NCBI RefSeq assembly: GCF_039654945.1
Contig: NW_027361731.1
Location: 25,916,001 to 25,980,000, forward strand
Direction: 5' to 3'
Length of the DNA stretch: 64,000 nucleotides
Source: Dendrobates tinctorius
Lineage: Eukaryota
The position numbers and the translations under genes are program-made. Below, piece after piece: positions 36,372 through 48,442 of the stretch. The notes under the pieces were generated by a model. The model saw nothing but the letters and a program-made list of their open reading frames with translations. It did no database searches and had not been told where the DNA came from. The number at the start of each line of letters is the position of its first letter. Within the stretch, counting starts at the first letter, position 1.

Positions 36372-39050
36372 ATCATTCTCAGTCACCTCCAGAGCTGCGC
36401 TCACTATTCTGCTGGAAAGTCACATCTTATCCTCCAGTCACCTCCAGAGCTGCACTCACTATTCTGCTACTATATCGTGCCTTATCCTCCACTCACCTTC
36501 AGAGCTGCAGTCAATATTCTGCTGCTACGTTATGTTTTATCCTCCAGTTACCTCCAGAGCTGCACTCACTATTGTTACATTGTGCCATCCTCCAGTCACC
36601 TCAAGAGCTGCACTCACTATTCTGCTGTTACATCATGTCTTATCCTCCAGTCACCTCCAGAGCTGCAGTCCCTTTTCTGCTGTTACATGTCTTATCCTCC
36701 AGTCACCTCCAAAGCTGCAGTCATTATTTTGCTGTTACATCTTGTCTTATCCTCCAGTCACCTCCAGAGCTGCACTCACTATTCTGCTGTTATATTGTCA
36801 TATCCTCCAGTCACATCCAGAGCTGTAGTCCCTTTTCTGCTGTTACATCATGTCTTATCCTCCAGTCACCTCCGAAGCTGCAGTCCTTTTTCTGCTGGTA
36901 CATCTTGCCTTATCCTCCAGTCACGTCCAGAGCTGCAGTCACTATTCTGCTGTTACATCGTGTCTTATCCTCCAGTCACCTCTAGAGCTGCAGTCACTAT
37001 TCTGCTTACATCGTGTCTTATTCTCCGGTCACCTCCAGAGCTGCACTCATTATTCTGCTGTTACATCGTGTCTTATCCTCCAGTCACATCCAGAGCTGCA
37101 GTCACTATTCTGCTGTTACATCGTGTCTTATCCTACAGTCACCTCCAGAGCTGCAGTCACTATTCTGTTTACAGTGTCTTATCCTCCAGTCACATCCAGA
37201 GCTGCAGTCACTATTCTGCTGTTACATTGTGTCTTATCCTCCAGTCACATCCAGAGCTGCAGTCACTATTCTGTTTACATTGTGTCTTATTCTCCAGTCA
37301 CCTCCAGAGCTGCAGTCACTATTCTGCTGTTACATCGTGTCTTATTCTCCTAGTCACCCCCAGAGCTGCAGTCACTCTTCTGCTGTTACATTGTGTCTTA
37401 TCCTCCTGTCACCTCCGAAGCGGCAGTCCTTTTTTGCTGCTGGTGCATCTTGCCTTATCTTCCAGTCACCTCCAGAGCTGCAGTCACTATTCTGCTTACA
37501 TCGTGTCTTATTCTCCAGTCACCTCCAGAGCTGCAGTCACTATTCTGCTTACATCGTGTCTTATTCTCCAGTCACCCCCAGAGCTGCAGTCACTATTCTG
37601 CTGTTACATCGTGTCTTATCCTCCTGTCACCTCCGAAGCTGCAGTCCTTTTTCTGCTGGTGCATCTTGCCTTATCCTCCAGTCACCTCCAGAGCTGCAGT
37701 CACTATTCTGCTTACATCGTGTCTTATACTCCAGTCACCTCCAGAGCTGCAGTCACTATTCTGCTTACATTGTGTCTTATTCTCCAGTCACCCCCCGAGC
37801 TTCAGTCACTATTCTGCTGTTACATTGTGTCTTATCCTCCAGTCACCCCCAGAACTGCAGTCACTATTCTGCTTACATCGTGTCTTATTCTCCAGTCACC
37901 TCCAGAGCTGCAGTCACTATTCTGCTTACATCGTGTCTTATTCTCCAGTCACCTCCAGAGCTGCAGTCACTATTCTGCTTACATCGTGTCTTATTCTCCA
38001 GTCACCTCCAGAGCTGCAGTCACTATTCTGCTTACATCGTGTCTTATTCTCCAGTCACCCCCAGAGCTGCAGTCACTATTCTGCTGTTACATCGTGTCTT
38101 ATTCTCCAGTCACCTCCAGAGCTGCAGTCACTATTCTGCTGTTACATCGTGTCTTATCCTCCAGTCACCTCCAGAGCTGCACTCACTATTCTGCTTACAT
38201 CGTGTCTTATTCTCCAGACACCTCCAGAGCTGCAGTCACTATTCTGCTTACATCGTGTCTTATTCTCCAGTCACCTCCAGAGCTGCAGTCACTATTCTGC
38301 TGTTACATCGTGTCTTATCCTCCAGTCACCTCCAAAGCTGCAGTCCTTTTTCTGCTGGTACATCTTGCCTTATCCTCCAGTCACCTCCAGAGCTGCAGTC
38401 ACTATTCTACTTACATCGTGTCTTATCCTCCAGTCACCTCCAGAGCTGCACTCACTATTCTGCTTACATTGTGTCTTATTCTCCAGTCACCTCCAGAGCT
38501 GCAGTCACTATTCTGCTTACATTGTGTCTTATTCTCCAGTCACCCCCAGAGCTGCAGTCACTATTCTGCTGTTACATCGTGTCTTATCCTCCAGTCACCT
38601 CCAGAGCTGCAGTCCTTTTTCTGCTGGTACATCTTGCCTTATCCTCCAGAGCTGCAGTCACTATTCTGCTTACATTGTGTCTTATCCTCCAGAGGTGCAC
38701 TCACTATTCTGCTTACATCGTGTCTTATTCTCCAGTCACCTCCAGAGCTGCTCTCACTATTCTGCTTACATCGTGTCTTATCCTCCAGTCACCTCCAGAG
38801 CTGCAGTCCCTTTTCTGCTGTTACATCGTGTCTTATCCTCCAGTCACCTCCGAAGCTGCAGTCCTTTTTCTGCTGGTACATCGTGCCTTATCCTCCAGAG
38901 CTGCACTCACTATTCTGCTTACATTGTGTCTTATTCTCCAGTCACCTCCAGAGCTGCAGTCACTATTCTGCTGTTACATCGTGTCTTATCCTCCAGAGCT
39001 GCAGTCACTATTCTGCTTACATTGTGTCTTATCCTCCTGTCACCTCCAGA
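36372..39050. repeat. 53/56-bp minisatellite (TCCAGTCACCTCCAGAGCTGCAGTCACTATTCTGC(TG)TTACATCGTGTCTTAT..)
   Basis: Directly visible; period of 53 measured at 37511/37564. Confidence 0.96.
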
Positions 39051-39341
39051 GGTGAATTTAAGGACCATAAAGAGGATCAATAAAGAGCAAACAACGTCTC
39101 ACCAAAGGAGGCGCCACTACAAATCCCAGCAACTTCGCATTATGGGATCAGCAGTCAGTTATATGCAATCAATATAGGGTATATCCACAAACTCTAGAAA
39201 ACCCTGGCCCATAAAAAGTCTCCTAAATGCTGCAGAGCCTAGTGCGCTTATCAGTGAAAGAGAGAAGCTTAAATGCAGCCAAGGAATAAATATGATGAAT
39301 GGATAACTACCTGAGGGTCAAAGAAGTGGTGGGGCTCCCCA

Positions 39342-39379
39342 CCCCAACGCGCGTTTCACCGCTGGCTTCTTCTGGGGGG
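39342..39379 (-). ncRNA. Third hammerhead-like motif, probably in another Penelope-like remnant
   Basis: Minus strand CCCCCCAGAAGAAGCCAGCGGTGAAACGCGCGTTGGGG, same layout as the 12.7-kb motifs. Confidence 0.45.
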
Positions 39380-39898
39380 CGTCAGCTGATGCTCCCTCCT
39401 CCATTATTGCTTTAAACTGTATTGGCATCCAGGATTCCGGCTAAAATTGCAACACCAGACAGGTGATCTACCTGGCATCATGGGCTAAATATACTCACCC
39501 TGCGGGCCAGATGCGGCCCAGTGACATGTGTACTCTAAACTAATACATACCCTAGGCCAGACTCCCCCCCCCCCCCCCCCCCCCTCAAAAAAAAAAAAAG
39601 GCGAGGTGCACAGCTTCCTTTACCCATGTGTATCCACCGTGTAAGGTGCCAGGCTGGGCAGTGGGCAATGTGTGGGCGCATCTAGTCTGGGGGTCACATA
39701 AACCAAGCGATGCTCATTCTCTAATTTTATTTGTCTGCACAGTAGTCACAAAGAATAATTATTTACATACGTTACCATCAATTCCCATCATTAGATCTAG
39801 ACAGTGTGAGTGCAGCGCATGGACATAATCCGAATCACTGATCAGACATGTATCACTTATCTTGTGGCACAACCTTATAGGTCATATATATCCCTTAA

Positions 39899-40264
39899 AG
39901 GGAATCGGGCATTTGCCATAAATCTGTAATTTTTTCATGTGAGGTAAATGCCGCTGATCTCCTGAATCCGGCGATCTTTTTCTTTTGTTCCTGCGCCTTT
40001 CCATTCCAGAGATATGGCCCTTTCTTTCCTATGTATAAATCTAGTCTTTGTAGTCATGGGGGCGTTTCTAAGACAACCCCCTTTCAAGAAAAAGTCCACG
40101 CCCACAGTGCTAAGAAGACTAGATTTACATACTGGAAAGAAGGGGCTGTATCTCAGGAATGGAAAGGCTCAGGAACAAAAGAAAAACAGCGCCGGATTCA
40201 GGAGAACAGCGGCATTAATATGAGATTACAAAATTACATATTTATGACAAGTGACAAGTCCCCT
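39899..40264. mobile_element. T2/Kolobok-type MITE
   Basis: TTAA|AGGG...CCCT|TTAA termini; long internal inverted arms (39950-40015 vs 40149-40216). Confidence 0.85.
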
Positions 40265-40579
40265 TTAAGGGAGAAAAACTTTGATATTAATTGACATTGT
40301 ACAGTGTTTAATAGATTACAATATTTCTGCATTATAAGGTGGTAATGATGCTGTATAACACTGTAAAGAAATCGTATGAGGAGGCCCACAGTGTGCACCA
40401 TATGGCATAATTAATTACGTACTATTTGACTGTGCGCCACATAGTCACCAACAAAAGGTAACATGCAGACACCATCTTGGATATGTTATCAGATAAACCT
40501 CTCATACTAGAATCACCTTCTTGATTTAGGGGCGCTGGAGCTTCATTAGGCCTAAAGTACTTTTAAGACAGGTAGGTCC

Positions 40580-42145
40580 TTAGCTTTGGATTTTGATCCA
40601 GGCTGCAGAGCCATTACCATTTAACCAAAACGAAGCATGAAGAGGTTCGGTGAAGGTGGCAGTAAAAGTGTGCAGGTGTCGAACAGGGGTACTCAGCTGG
40701 TAAAAGGACAGCTGTCCGGCCTCGTAATCCAGATACACCCCAAACATGGTAGATAAATTCTTGGACAACGATAACTGGGCAGAGTTTTTCCCATGCACTG
40801 CTGCACACTGGTTATAATCCCGCCACAAACACCAGGAGGCCTCACAGACACCATCTATAAAGGGGTAGCTCACACCAAACTTCCAGTTCCCTAATTTACT
40901 GGTGTCCACCACCCAGTAATGTCTCCCGGATGAAAAAGTCTGGGTACTCAGAACCTCATTTTCTGGAGACCTCTCTGGGCAAACTGGTCGGTCTTGGTCT
41001 ACGCAAGTAAATAATGCAGTCTTCAAGTCATCTGATATACTTAGATTATTAGCGGCCGTGTTTACATCCAACGAAAGGTCCAAAGGATCCAGCAAAAACA
41101 GCCAGGCGTTGACATGGGCGGTCAGATCAGATACTTGGTCATGTATGGTCTTCTTGATCTGGCCCTCATCTAGATCACCTGTATCTATAATCTTCTGATC
41201 ACACTCGTCTTCAGCATTCTCTTGATCATAATGGACAAAGGTTTGACAATTCAGGTCTTGTAAGACAAGTATGGGATCGGTCACCTTACACAAATCCTCG
41301 ATCTGACCCATTGTCCTGGACAGAAGGTTCTTCTTCGTCTCCAGCTCTTGGATCAGAGCCGAGACAACGTCTGACACGTGCTTCTCCTGGCTGGAGATCT
41401 CACTTATGATACTTGTCTCTAGTTTCTCCAGTTGTCTTCTGATGTCTACGAACAGAGCCAAGACTTTATCTTTTATCTCAGTGGCTTTTTCATTTTCATT
41501 TTTCAGCCGTTCGTGGAGATTCTGAATTTTTATCTCGGTTTCGTTCTTCTTCGAGGTCAACTTTTCCAGAACTTTGGTCATTTTTGTCTTCTTCTCCTCG
41601 GAGGCTTCTTCCAAGGATTGAACTGGGTGGCCGTTGTGGTCTCCATCGACCCGACAGTAGATGCAGATACAGGCCTCATCTTCGGGGCAGTAATACTCCA
41701 GGATCTTTTTGTGGACCGAGCATTTTCGGTTCTTCAGGGAAACGGTGGGGTCAATCAAGACGTGTTCCGAAGACTTGTTGTGGACGTCCAGGTGTTTTCC
41801 ACACAGAGAAGCTTCACACAAGACGCAGGAGGTCACGGCCAGTACCGGGCAGTGCAGGCAGTAGGTGCACAGAATGGTGGCTTTACCTTGAGGACCCTCA
41901 GGGATCTTGAAGTGTCTGGCTATGCTCCTCAGAGTGATGTTCTTGTACAACGATGGCCGCTGACTGTACTCCTTCCTGCATTCGGGGCAGGTATAAATCC
42001 TGGTGTTGGAGTCCCTCTGAGAGTCCAGCAGACGAGTGATACAGTCCTGGCAGAAGTTGTGTCCACATCTCAGGGCCACAGGGTCCAAGTAGATGCTCAG
42101 GCAGATGGAGCAGCTCAGCTCGTCCCTCAGATCAGTGGAGGCCAT
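40580..42145 (-). CDS. Intronless TRIM E3 ligase (RING, two B-boxes, coiled coil, PRY/SPRY), 521 aa
   Basis: CSICLSIYLDPVALRCGHNFCQDC..CPEC; CVLCEASLCGKH; CSVHKKILEYYC; LDVNTAANNL; GRHYWVVD; GVYLDYEAGQLSFY; Kozak-like AAGATGG start. Confidence 0.95.
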   Translation of the reverse strand: MASTDLRDELSCSICLSIYLDPVALRCGHNFCQDCITRLLDSQRDSNTRIYTCPECRKEYSQRPSLYKNITLRSIARHFKIPEGPQGKATILCTYCLHCPVLAVTSCVLCEASLCGKHLDVHNKSSEHVLIDPTVSLKNRKCSVHKKILEYYCPEDEACICIYCRVDGDHNGHPVQSLEEASEEKKTKMTKVLEKLTSKKNETEIKIQNLHERLKNENEKATEIKDKVLALFVDIRRQLEKLETSIISEISSQEKHVSDVVSALIQELETKKNLLSRTMGQIEDLCKVTDPILVLQDLNCQTFVHYDQENAEDECDQKIIDTGDLDEGQIKKTIHDQVSDLTAHVNAWLFLLDPLDLSLDVNTAANNLSISDDLKTALFTCVDQDRPVCPERSPENEVLSTQTFSSGRHYWVVDTSKLGNWKFGVSYPFIDGVCEASWCLWRDYNQCAAVHGKNSAQLSLSKNLSTMFGVYLDYEAGQLSFYQLSTPVRHLHTFTATFTEPLHASFWLNGNGSAAWIKIQS

Positions 42146-43424
42146 CTTGGAATGAAACCAAAAGTGCTCTGCAGCAGAATGTGCCCCAGGAATGTGACTG
42201 GGGAGGGGACTTTCTCAACCTTTATTGGCCAGGCTGTGTATGCTGACCTTTTTTTTTTTTAAAGGTGAGGTTTGGAGCTTATTGTTACTGCACCTTAAGG
42301 AAACCCTCCCAAACTCTGGAATCCCTTTAAGAAAGCCATCATCTATTGCTCTGGAACTGATAAGAGTTAAAAACAAACAAAAAAAACCCTCTAAACCCAG
42401 CAGATCAAGTTGCTCCATAATCAGTTACCAGCCTCACTGGGTTTTAACTCTTTCCTTTCCAGATTGCGCTGCATTATTGCATTTGTGTTTTTTTTTTTAA
42501 TATACTTTTTGCTGGGTTTTTTTTGCATATTTTTAGCCTTTTCTTATTGGAGCATTTTTTAATGTCAATTTTGCCTTTCCCCTTTTGTTTTTTTTTTTTC
42601 GGATTCATTAATTTCTACGTTAAAAAAAAAAAAAAAAAGGCAAAATTTTGGAGGGTTAACGTAAATTTTGCGACATAACGAATTTGCGCTAAAAAGCGAT
42701 AAAACGGAAAGAAAAAAAATAAACTGCATTTTTTTTAATGGTGACATTTTGCCAAAAGACAAAAATTAAAGAGGCGACTCATCAGCCGTGTTTTTTTTCG
42801 GCACTTTTTTTTTTTTTTTATTTTCTGGCATTTTTTTTTTTTACTGTTTTTTCTTTTGCTCCAAATTTTTCAAAACGGCGCATGAATTTTTGGAAAAATA
42901 AAAATTGTTCCTTGCTTTTGTTGTAAATCTTTTTAGCAGCTTTTTAGATGTTTTTTTTCGAAGAGTTTTCGGTGCAGGTCAGCGCAAAAACTCCTGAAAA
43001 AAAAAAAACGCTTGAAAATCTTCATTTCTTATGAGGATTATTTTGCCATCGCTTTTTAGAATTTTTGTTTGTCCTAGGGGGACTAAAAAAAAAAAACAAC
43101 TAAATTGATAAATGTTTGTAAAAATCTAAAGTAAAGAAAAGAAGATTAACACAATGGAGCCTCCTAATCAGTAATGACTCTGAAGGATAAACTGGAGGAT
43201 CCTGTGTCTGCCGATGGGAGGGACGGAGAACAATACAGCACCTAGACCTGGTGTCTCCTGGTATACAGGGGAAGGGCAGATGAGGTCCTAAAGAGACCCA
43301 TGTCTGGCACAGAGAGGGAGGCTGTTGGCATTCAAGGAGAAGAAAAGGCATGGAGGACGTAATCTCCAGAGGAAGATATGCCACAGAAAGATGTGGAAGC
43401 AATGAAGAAGTCCCTACAAAGAGG

Positions 43425-44220
43425 AGGTCATACACCAAGGAAGCCACGTCAAGGAGGCCACACCAAGGAAGCCACAACAGGGAAGCCACGTCAAGGAAGT
43501 CACAACAATTAAGCCACATCAAGGAAGTCACACCAACGAAGCCACATCAAGGAAGTCATGCCAACGAAGCCACACAAAGGAAGTCACACCAAGGAGGCCA
43601 CACCAAGGAAGTCACAACAAGAATGCTACACTGAAGTCACACCAAAGAAGTCATATCAAGGAAGCCACACCAAGGAAGTCACAACAAGAATGCTACACCG
43701 ATGAAGTTACACCAAGGAAGTCATATCAAGGAAGCCACACCGATGAAGTTACACCAAGGAAGTCATATCAAGGAAGTCATATCAAGGAAGCCACAACAGG
43801 GAAGCCACGTCAAGGAAGTCACAAGGAAGCCACACCAACGAAGCCACATCAAGGAAGTCATGCCAACGAAGCCACACGAAGGAAGTCACACCAAGGAGGC
43901 CACACCAAGGAAGTCACAACAAGAATGCTACACTGAAGTCACACCAAAGAAGTCATATCAAGGAAGCCACACCAAGGAAGTCACAACAAGAATGCTACAC
44001 CGATGAAGTTACACCAAGGAAGTCATATCAAGGAAGCCACACCAAGGAAGTCACAACAAGAATGCTACACCAATGAAGTTACACCAGCAAGTCATATCAA
44101 GGAAGCCACACAAAGGAAGCCACACCAAGAAAGTCATATCAAGGAAGCTACACCAAGGAAGTCACACATAGGAAGCCACACCAAGGAAGCCAGTCACACC
44201 AAGGAGGCCACACCAAAGAA
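43425..44220. repeat. 14-bp-based minisatellite (GGAAGCCACACCAA variants)
   Basis: Directly visible. Confidence 0.92.
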
Positions 44221-45239
44221 ACTGTAAAGACAGAGGAAAGCTGTTGGCACCTCCTGAACTTTGGAGTTCGAGGTGGAAATCGACGAAGCTTGGAATAAAC
44301 TCATAAAAGTGTCGTCGGAGGCACTGCGGTCAATGACTCAATATTGTTTCCAGATATTGGTGTCACTTCAAGGGCGTCCGGAGAACAAGACTCTGCACAT
44401 ACTCGTTGAAGACTATGGTGGAGCAGAGAGCCACCGACTCCACCATCTATGCTCGTATGTCAAAGCCACACTGAGAGCTGGGCCTATAGTTTATTTAGGG
44501 ACTAAAAGTGGCACCTACTGGGTGAGGACAACATGTGGCCCTACATTAGTTTCTTGGCCACTATTACTATGTGGGGCACTATGGGTGAGGAGTCTGTAGA
44601 GAGTGGGGGTGGTTGCTGGAAAATTGAGGTGTAGATGAGGTCTGTGTGTTCATGGTGGTCTGGGCCAGATGGAGGAGATGGAAAGTGACCAGCTACAACC
44701 AGAGAAGATGTTACCCCAGAACCTTTGTGTATCCATCACCATATGGTCCTTGTTGGTTATCTTGGCCACCATGTGGTGGTGATATGTGGTCCTCATATAG
44801 CGGTAATATTAATGATGGCCTTTGGTGTTCGATGTTTTGCTCAATAACAAAGAGGTAGTCATCTTCTCTTTGTATAGTCTTATTATAAGCTGCTGCCTCC
44901 GATCTTAGGGGAGACATGGAGGGAATTTGTTTTGGAGTCATCCATGTTGCAGAGTGTACATCGCTATATGGGCGCGGTATATTGTGGAGGTCATTTGTTG
45001 TGAACTCTTAACCTGAAACTCACTTACCTTCTATCTTCAGCTCTGGGAAATATTAGAGACAAGGTCGAGTAAGAGGCGGAAAAGAAACGGGAACTCTGTA
45101 CAAAGTAGGTTAGACGGCTTCACATGAGGCATCCTGAAATTCTACAGATTCCGGCCATAATGGATGAAAGGTACCAAGAAGACGAGAAAGAAGAAGAAAC
45201 AATGTCTCCATATTGGCTCTGCTGCTGATGCTATGGCCC

Positions 45240-45765
45240 ATACTGTGTGGGCGCGCTACTGCCGATACTGTGTGCGTGCTTACTGCCAGTACTGTGTGGG
45301 CGCACTACTGCTGGTACTATGGCCGGTACTGTGTGGGCGCGCTACTGCCGGTACTGTGTGGGCGCGCTACTGCCGGTACTGTGAGGGCGCGCTACTGCCG
45401 GTACTGTGTGGGCACGCTACTGCCGGTACTGTGTGGGCACGCTACTGCCGGTACTGTGTGGGCGCGCTACTGCCGGTACTGTGTGGGCGCGCTACTGCCG
45501 GTACTATGGCCGGTATTGTGTGCGTGCTACTGCCGGTACTGTGTGGGCACGCTACTGCCAGTACTGTGTGGGCGCACTACTGCTGGTACTGTGTATGCTA
45601 CTGCCAGTACTGTGCGGGCGCACTACTGCTGGTACTGTGTGCATGCTACTGCCGGTACTGTGCGGGCGCGCTACTGCTGGTACTGTGTGCATGCTACTGC
45701 CGGTACTGTGCGGGCGCGCTACTGCTGGTACTGTGTGCATGCTACTGCCGGTACTATCACTACTG
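45240..45765. repeat. 25-bp GC-rich minisatellite (GTACTGTGTGGGCGCGCTACTGCCG)
   Basis: Directly visible. Confidence 0.95.
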
Positions 45766-46196
45766 TCACAAGGATTTAGAGGGTGGAGAAAACATGGTGG
45801 CCTCCAGAGAGGAGCAGGGACAAAACAGGAGCAAGAGAGAGAAAAACGAGTCTCTATGTCCGGTCTGTTCTTTATTTCTTTACTCAGGTTCATGGTCAGC
45901 GCTACTTCAAGAAATGGACAAAACAGCAATAAACCCATATCTCCTCCTCGTCTCCTTGTAGACCAACCGGCACTCCCTGCTGGAATCATGCAAAATGCTG
46001 CAAAACACCACCATAAACCGCTGCATGGTCCCCGAAATGTACTGATGGGTGGGAGCCGGCCCCAAAATATCCTCATCACAAGAGTCTAATGGCGGAAGGT
46101 CAGAAATCAGGACTCACAAATGGCCACATGGTCACCGCAGACTCAATGATCAGACTCGTTCTATCATCACGTGCAAGAGAACCGCCACTCCTCGTC

Positions 46197-46329
46197 TCAT
46201 ATGGCCGTTCTACAGTGCTGGGGCCAAGATGTCCTCATCTCCTTGTCAACGTAGATGTAGATCCAAACCAAGAGCGGAAGAACGGAGACCGAGACGGCCA
46301 CAAATAACCTCACCCCGCCAACTGCGGCT
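46197..46329 (-). CDS. tmem220: TMEM220 exon 6 (last coding exon)
   Basis: ttttgcag|A GCC GCA...; AAVGGVRLFVAVSVSVLPLLVWIYIYVDKEMRTSWPQHCRTAI*; matches the remembered TMEM220 C-terminus WVYIYINKEMRSSWPTHC. Confidence 0.93.
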
Positions 46330-46359
46330 CTGCAAAACAGCACAAATATTACACACAGG

Positions 46360-47150
46360 AGGCAGTATTATAGTAGTTATATTCTTGTACATGGGAGCAG
46401 TATTATAGTAGTTATATTCTTGTACATAGGGCAGTATTATAGTAGTTATATTCTTGTACATGGGAGCAGTATTATAGTAGTTATATTCTTGTACATAGGG
46501 GACAGTATTATAGTAGTTATATTCTTGTACATGGGAGCAGTATTATAGTAGTTATATTCTTGTACATAGGGCAGTATTATAGTAGTTATATTCTTGTACA
46601 TAGGGAGCAGTATTATAGTAGTTATATTCTTGTACATAAGAGCAGTATTATAGTAGTTATATTCTTGTACATAAGAGCAGTATTATAGTAGTTATATTCT
46701 TGTACATAAGAGCAGTATTATAGTAGTTATATTCTTGTACATAGGAAGCAGTATTATAGTAGTTATATTCTTGTACATAGGGGGCAGTATTATAGTAGTT
46801 ATATTCTTGTACATAGGGGGCAGTATTATAGTAGTTATATTCTTGTACATAGGGGGCAGTATTATAGTAGTTATATTCTTGTACATAGGAGCAGTATTAT
46901 AGTAGTTATATTCCTGTACATAGGGGCAGTATTATAGTAGTTATATTCCTGTATATAGGGAGCAGTATTATAGTAGTTATATTCTTGTACATAGGGGGCA
47001 GTATTATGGTAGGGATATTCTTGCACTTATTAGTGGCATTACATATGATAGTAGTTATATTCTGGTACATAGTGGTAGTATTACATATTATGGTGGTTAT
47101 ATTCTTGCACATAGTGGTAGTATTACATATTACAGTAGTGATATACAGCT
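46360..47150 (-). repeat. 35-bp minisatellite (same family as 1-11329, opposite orientation) filling TMEM220 intron 5
   Basis: Directly visible; degenerate after ~47020. Confidence 0.95.
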
Positions 47151-47185
47151 ATATACACTGAGGACTGACGGTTGTGCCGCTGTAC

Positions 47186-47245
47186 CTGGCAGAATCCTTA
47201 CAGAGGAGCATCCACACTGCGATGATCACTAATCCTGACAGTTCC
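47186..47245 (-). CDS. tmem220: TMEM220 exon 5
   Basis: tcctag|G GAA CTG TCA..GCC AG|gtacag; ELSGLVIIAVWMLLCKDSA; 60 bp, phases consistent. Confidence 0.92.
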
Positions 47246-47324
47246 CTAGGAGACATATTGTGAAAAGTCATTGTTGCCTTCCTCATCGATGGGACGGTGC
47301 CGCCATCTCCCCGTGTTTTCTCAC

Positions 47325-47439
47325 CTCCCCTCCTCCTGGTGTAAGATGTTTCTTATATTACCAGACAGCAGCAGATAAGAAGCTCCGATCACGCAGACGG
47401 CACCGTGGAGCGCGGACATTGTCCTCCAGATCACGTGAC
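47325..47439 (-). CDS. tmem220: TMEM220 exon 4
   Basis: catag|GT CAC..GGG AG|gtgaga; HVIWRTMSALH..NILHQEEGR; 115 bp. Confidence 0.92.
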
Positions 47440-47527
47440 CTATGTGGCGGAACATAATGGACGCCGGTGAGGTATAGGATTGCGGAGCCTGCGGTGACCC
47501 AGGACACGGCTTATCCCGAGCACTCAC

Positions 47528-47588
47528 CCGCTATGTCTGGATTGATGCTGAGGAGGAATATCAGGGCGGCGGGGATCACATAGATGAC
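47528..47588 (-). CDS. tmem220: TMEM220 exon 3
   Basis: ctgcag|GTC ATC..GCG G|gtgagt; VIYVIPAALIFLLSINPDIA; 61 bp. Confidence 0.93.
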
Positions 47589-47887
47589 CTGCAGACGACA
47601 AATAATGGGGACCACACCCCGAAAATACGATAAGAGATCCTCAGCCACTGGGAAAGCTGGGTGACCCAATATGGCCGCCATGTACGAGGCAGGACAGGGT
47701 GAGATGCCTCCCATGCCTACACTTATAGGGGAGCGACGAGAAGTGCGGGGTCGTCAGGCCCCAGAATACTCGCCACATACACAAGATGGCGCCCGGCCAT
47801 GTGAGACCCCAGAGAAGCCGACCTCGCAGGACATCGGGCAGGGGCTCAACATTAATAAGGGACAAAAATCCCTAATCTTATCCCATA

Positions 47888-48104
47888 GCCATAGTGTCCG
47901 TACACCTCACAGAGGAGAGAGAGAGCGGCCATAGTGCCCGTACACCTCACAGAGGAGAGAGAGCGGCCATAGTGCCCGTACACCTCACAGAGGAGAGAGA
48001 GAGCGGCCATAGTGCCCGTACACCTCACAGAGGAGAGAGAGCGGCCATAGTGCCCGTACACCTCACAGAGGAGAGAGAGAGCGGCCATAGTGCCCGTACA
48101 CCTC
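47888..48104. repeat. 38/40-bp tandem repeat in TMEM220 intron 2
   Basis: GCCATAGTGCCCGTACACCTCACAGAGG(AG)nCG, about 5.5 copies. Confidence 0.93.
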
Positions 48105-48342
48105 TCCTGACACCCTGTACCCATGGACACTGCTTTTGTTTTCTCTCTACAGAAGTCCAGCAGCAGAGGAGTTTCCTTCCTCCCCACCCCCCATCCTCCT
48201 CTCTTCCTGACTCCTCTCTCTCTTCCCTACTGCAGAGGGCAAAAATTAACCCTTTCCGCTACGAGGTGCTGCGAGGACACTGGCATAATGGTGTCTGGGA
48301 TCCCCGCTCCTGTACAGGATCACACTGTGCTCAGCTACTCAC

Positions 48343-48372
48343 AATCCAGATCTCAGCGTCCGGATCATTGAT
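48343..48372 (-). CDS. tmem220: TMEM220 exon 2 (30-bp micro-exon)
   Basis: ttttacag|ATC AAT GAT CCG GAC GCT GAG ATC TGG ATT|gtgagt; INDPDAEIWI, the NDPDA family signature. Confidence 0.94.
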
Positions 48373-48442
48373 CTGTAAAACACAGAAGAAAAATGTGAAA
48401 AAAACTGCCAACACCATTATATCCTCATCAGCACTGCATAAA

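Noticed and set aside
36332-39177. Three long overlapping plus-strand ORFs (594-868 aa)
   Set aside because: The 53/56-bp unit has no plus-strand stop codon, so all frames stay open and cycle through the same peptides. There is no domain signal.
41432-42262. 276-aa plus-strand ORF
   Set aside because: Antisense shadow of the TRIM CDS with no recognisable motifs.
45164-46089. Cys-rich ORFs resembling metallothionein or keratin-associated proteins
   Set aside because: Derived from a 25-bp repeat open in several frames.
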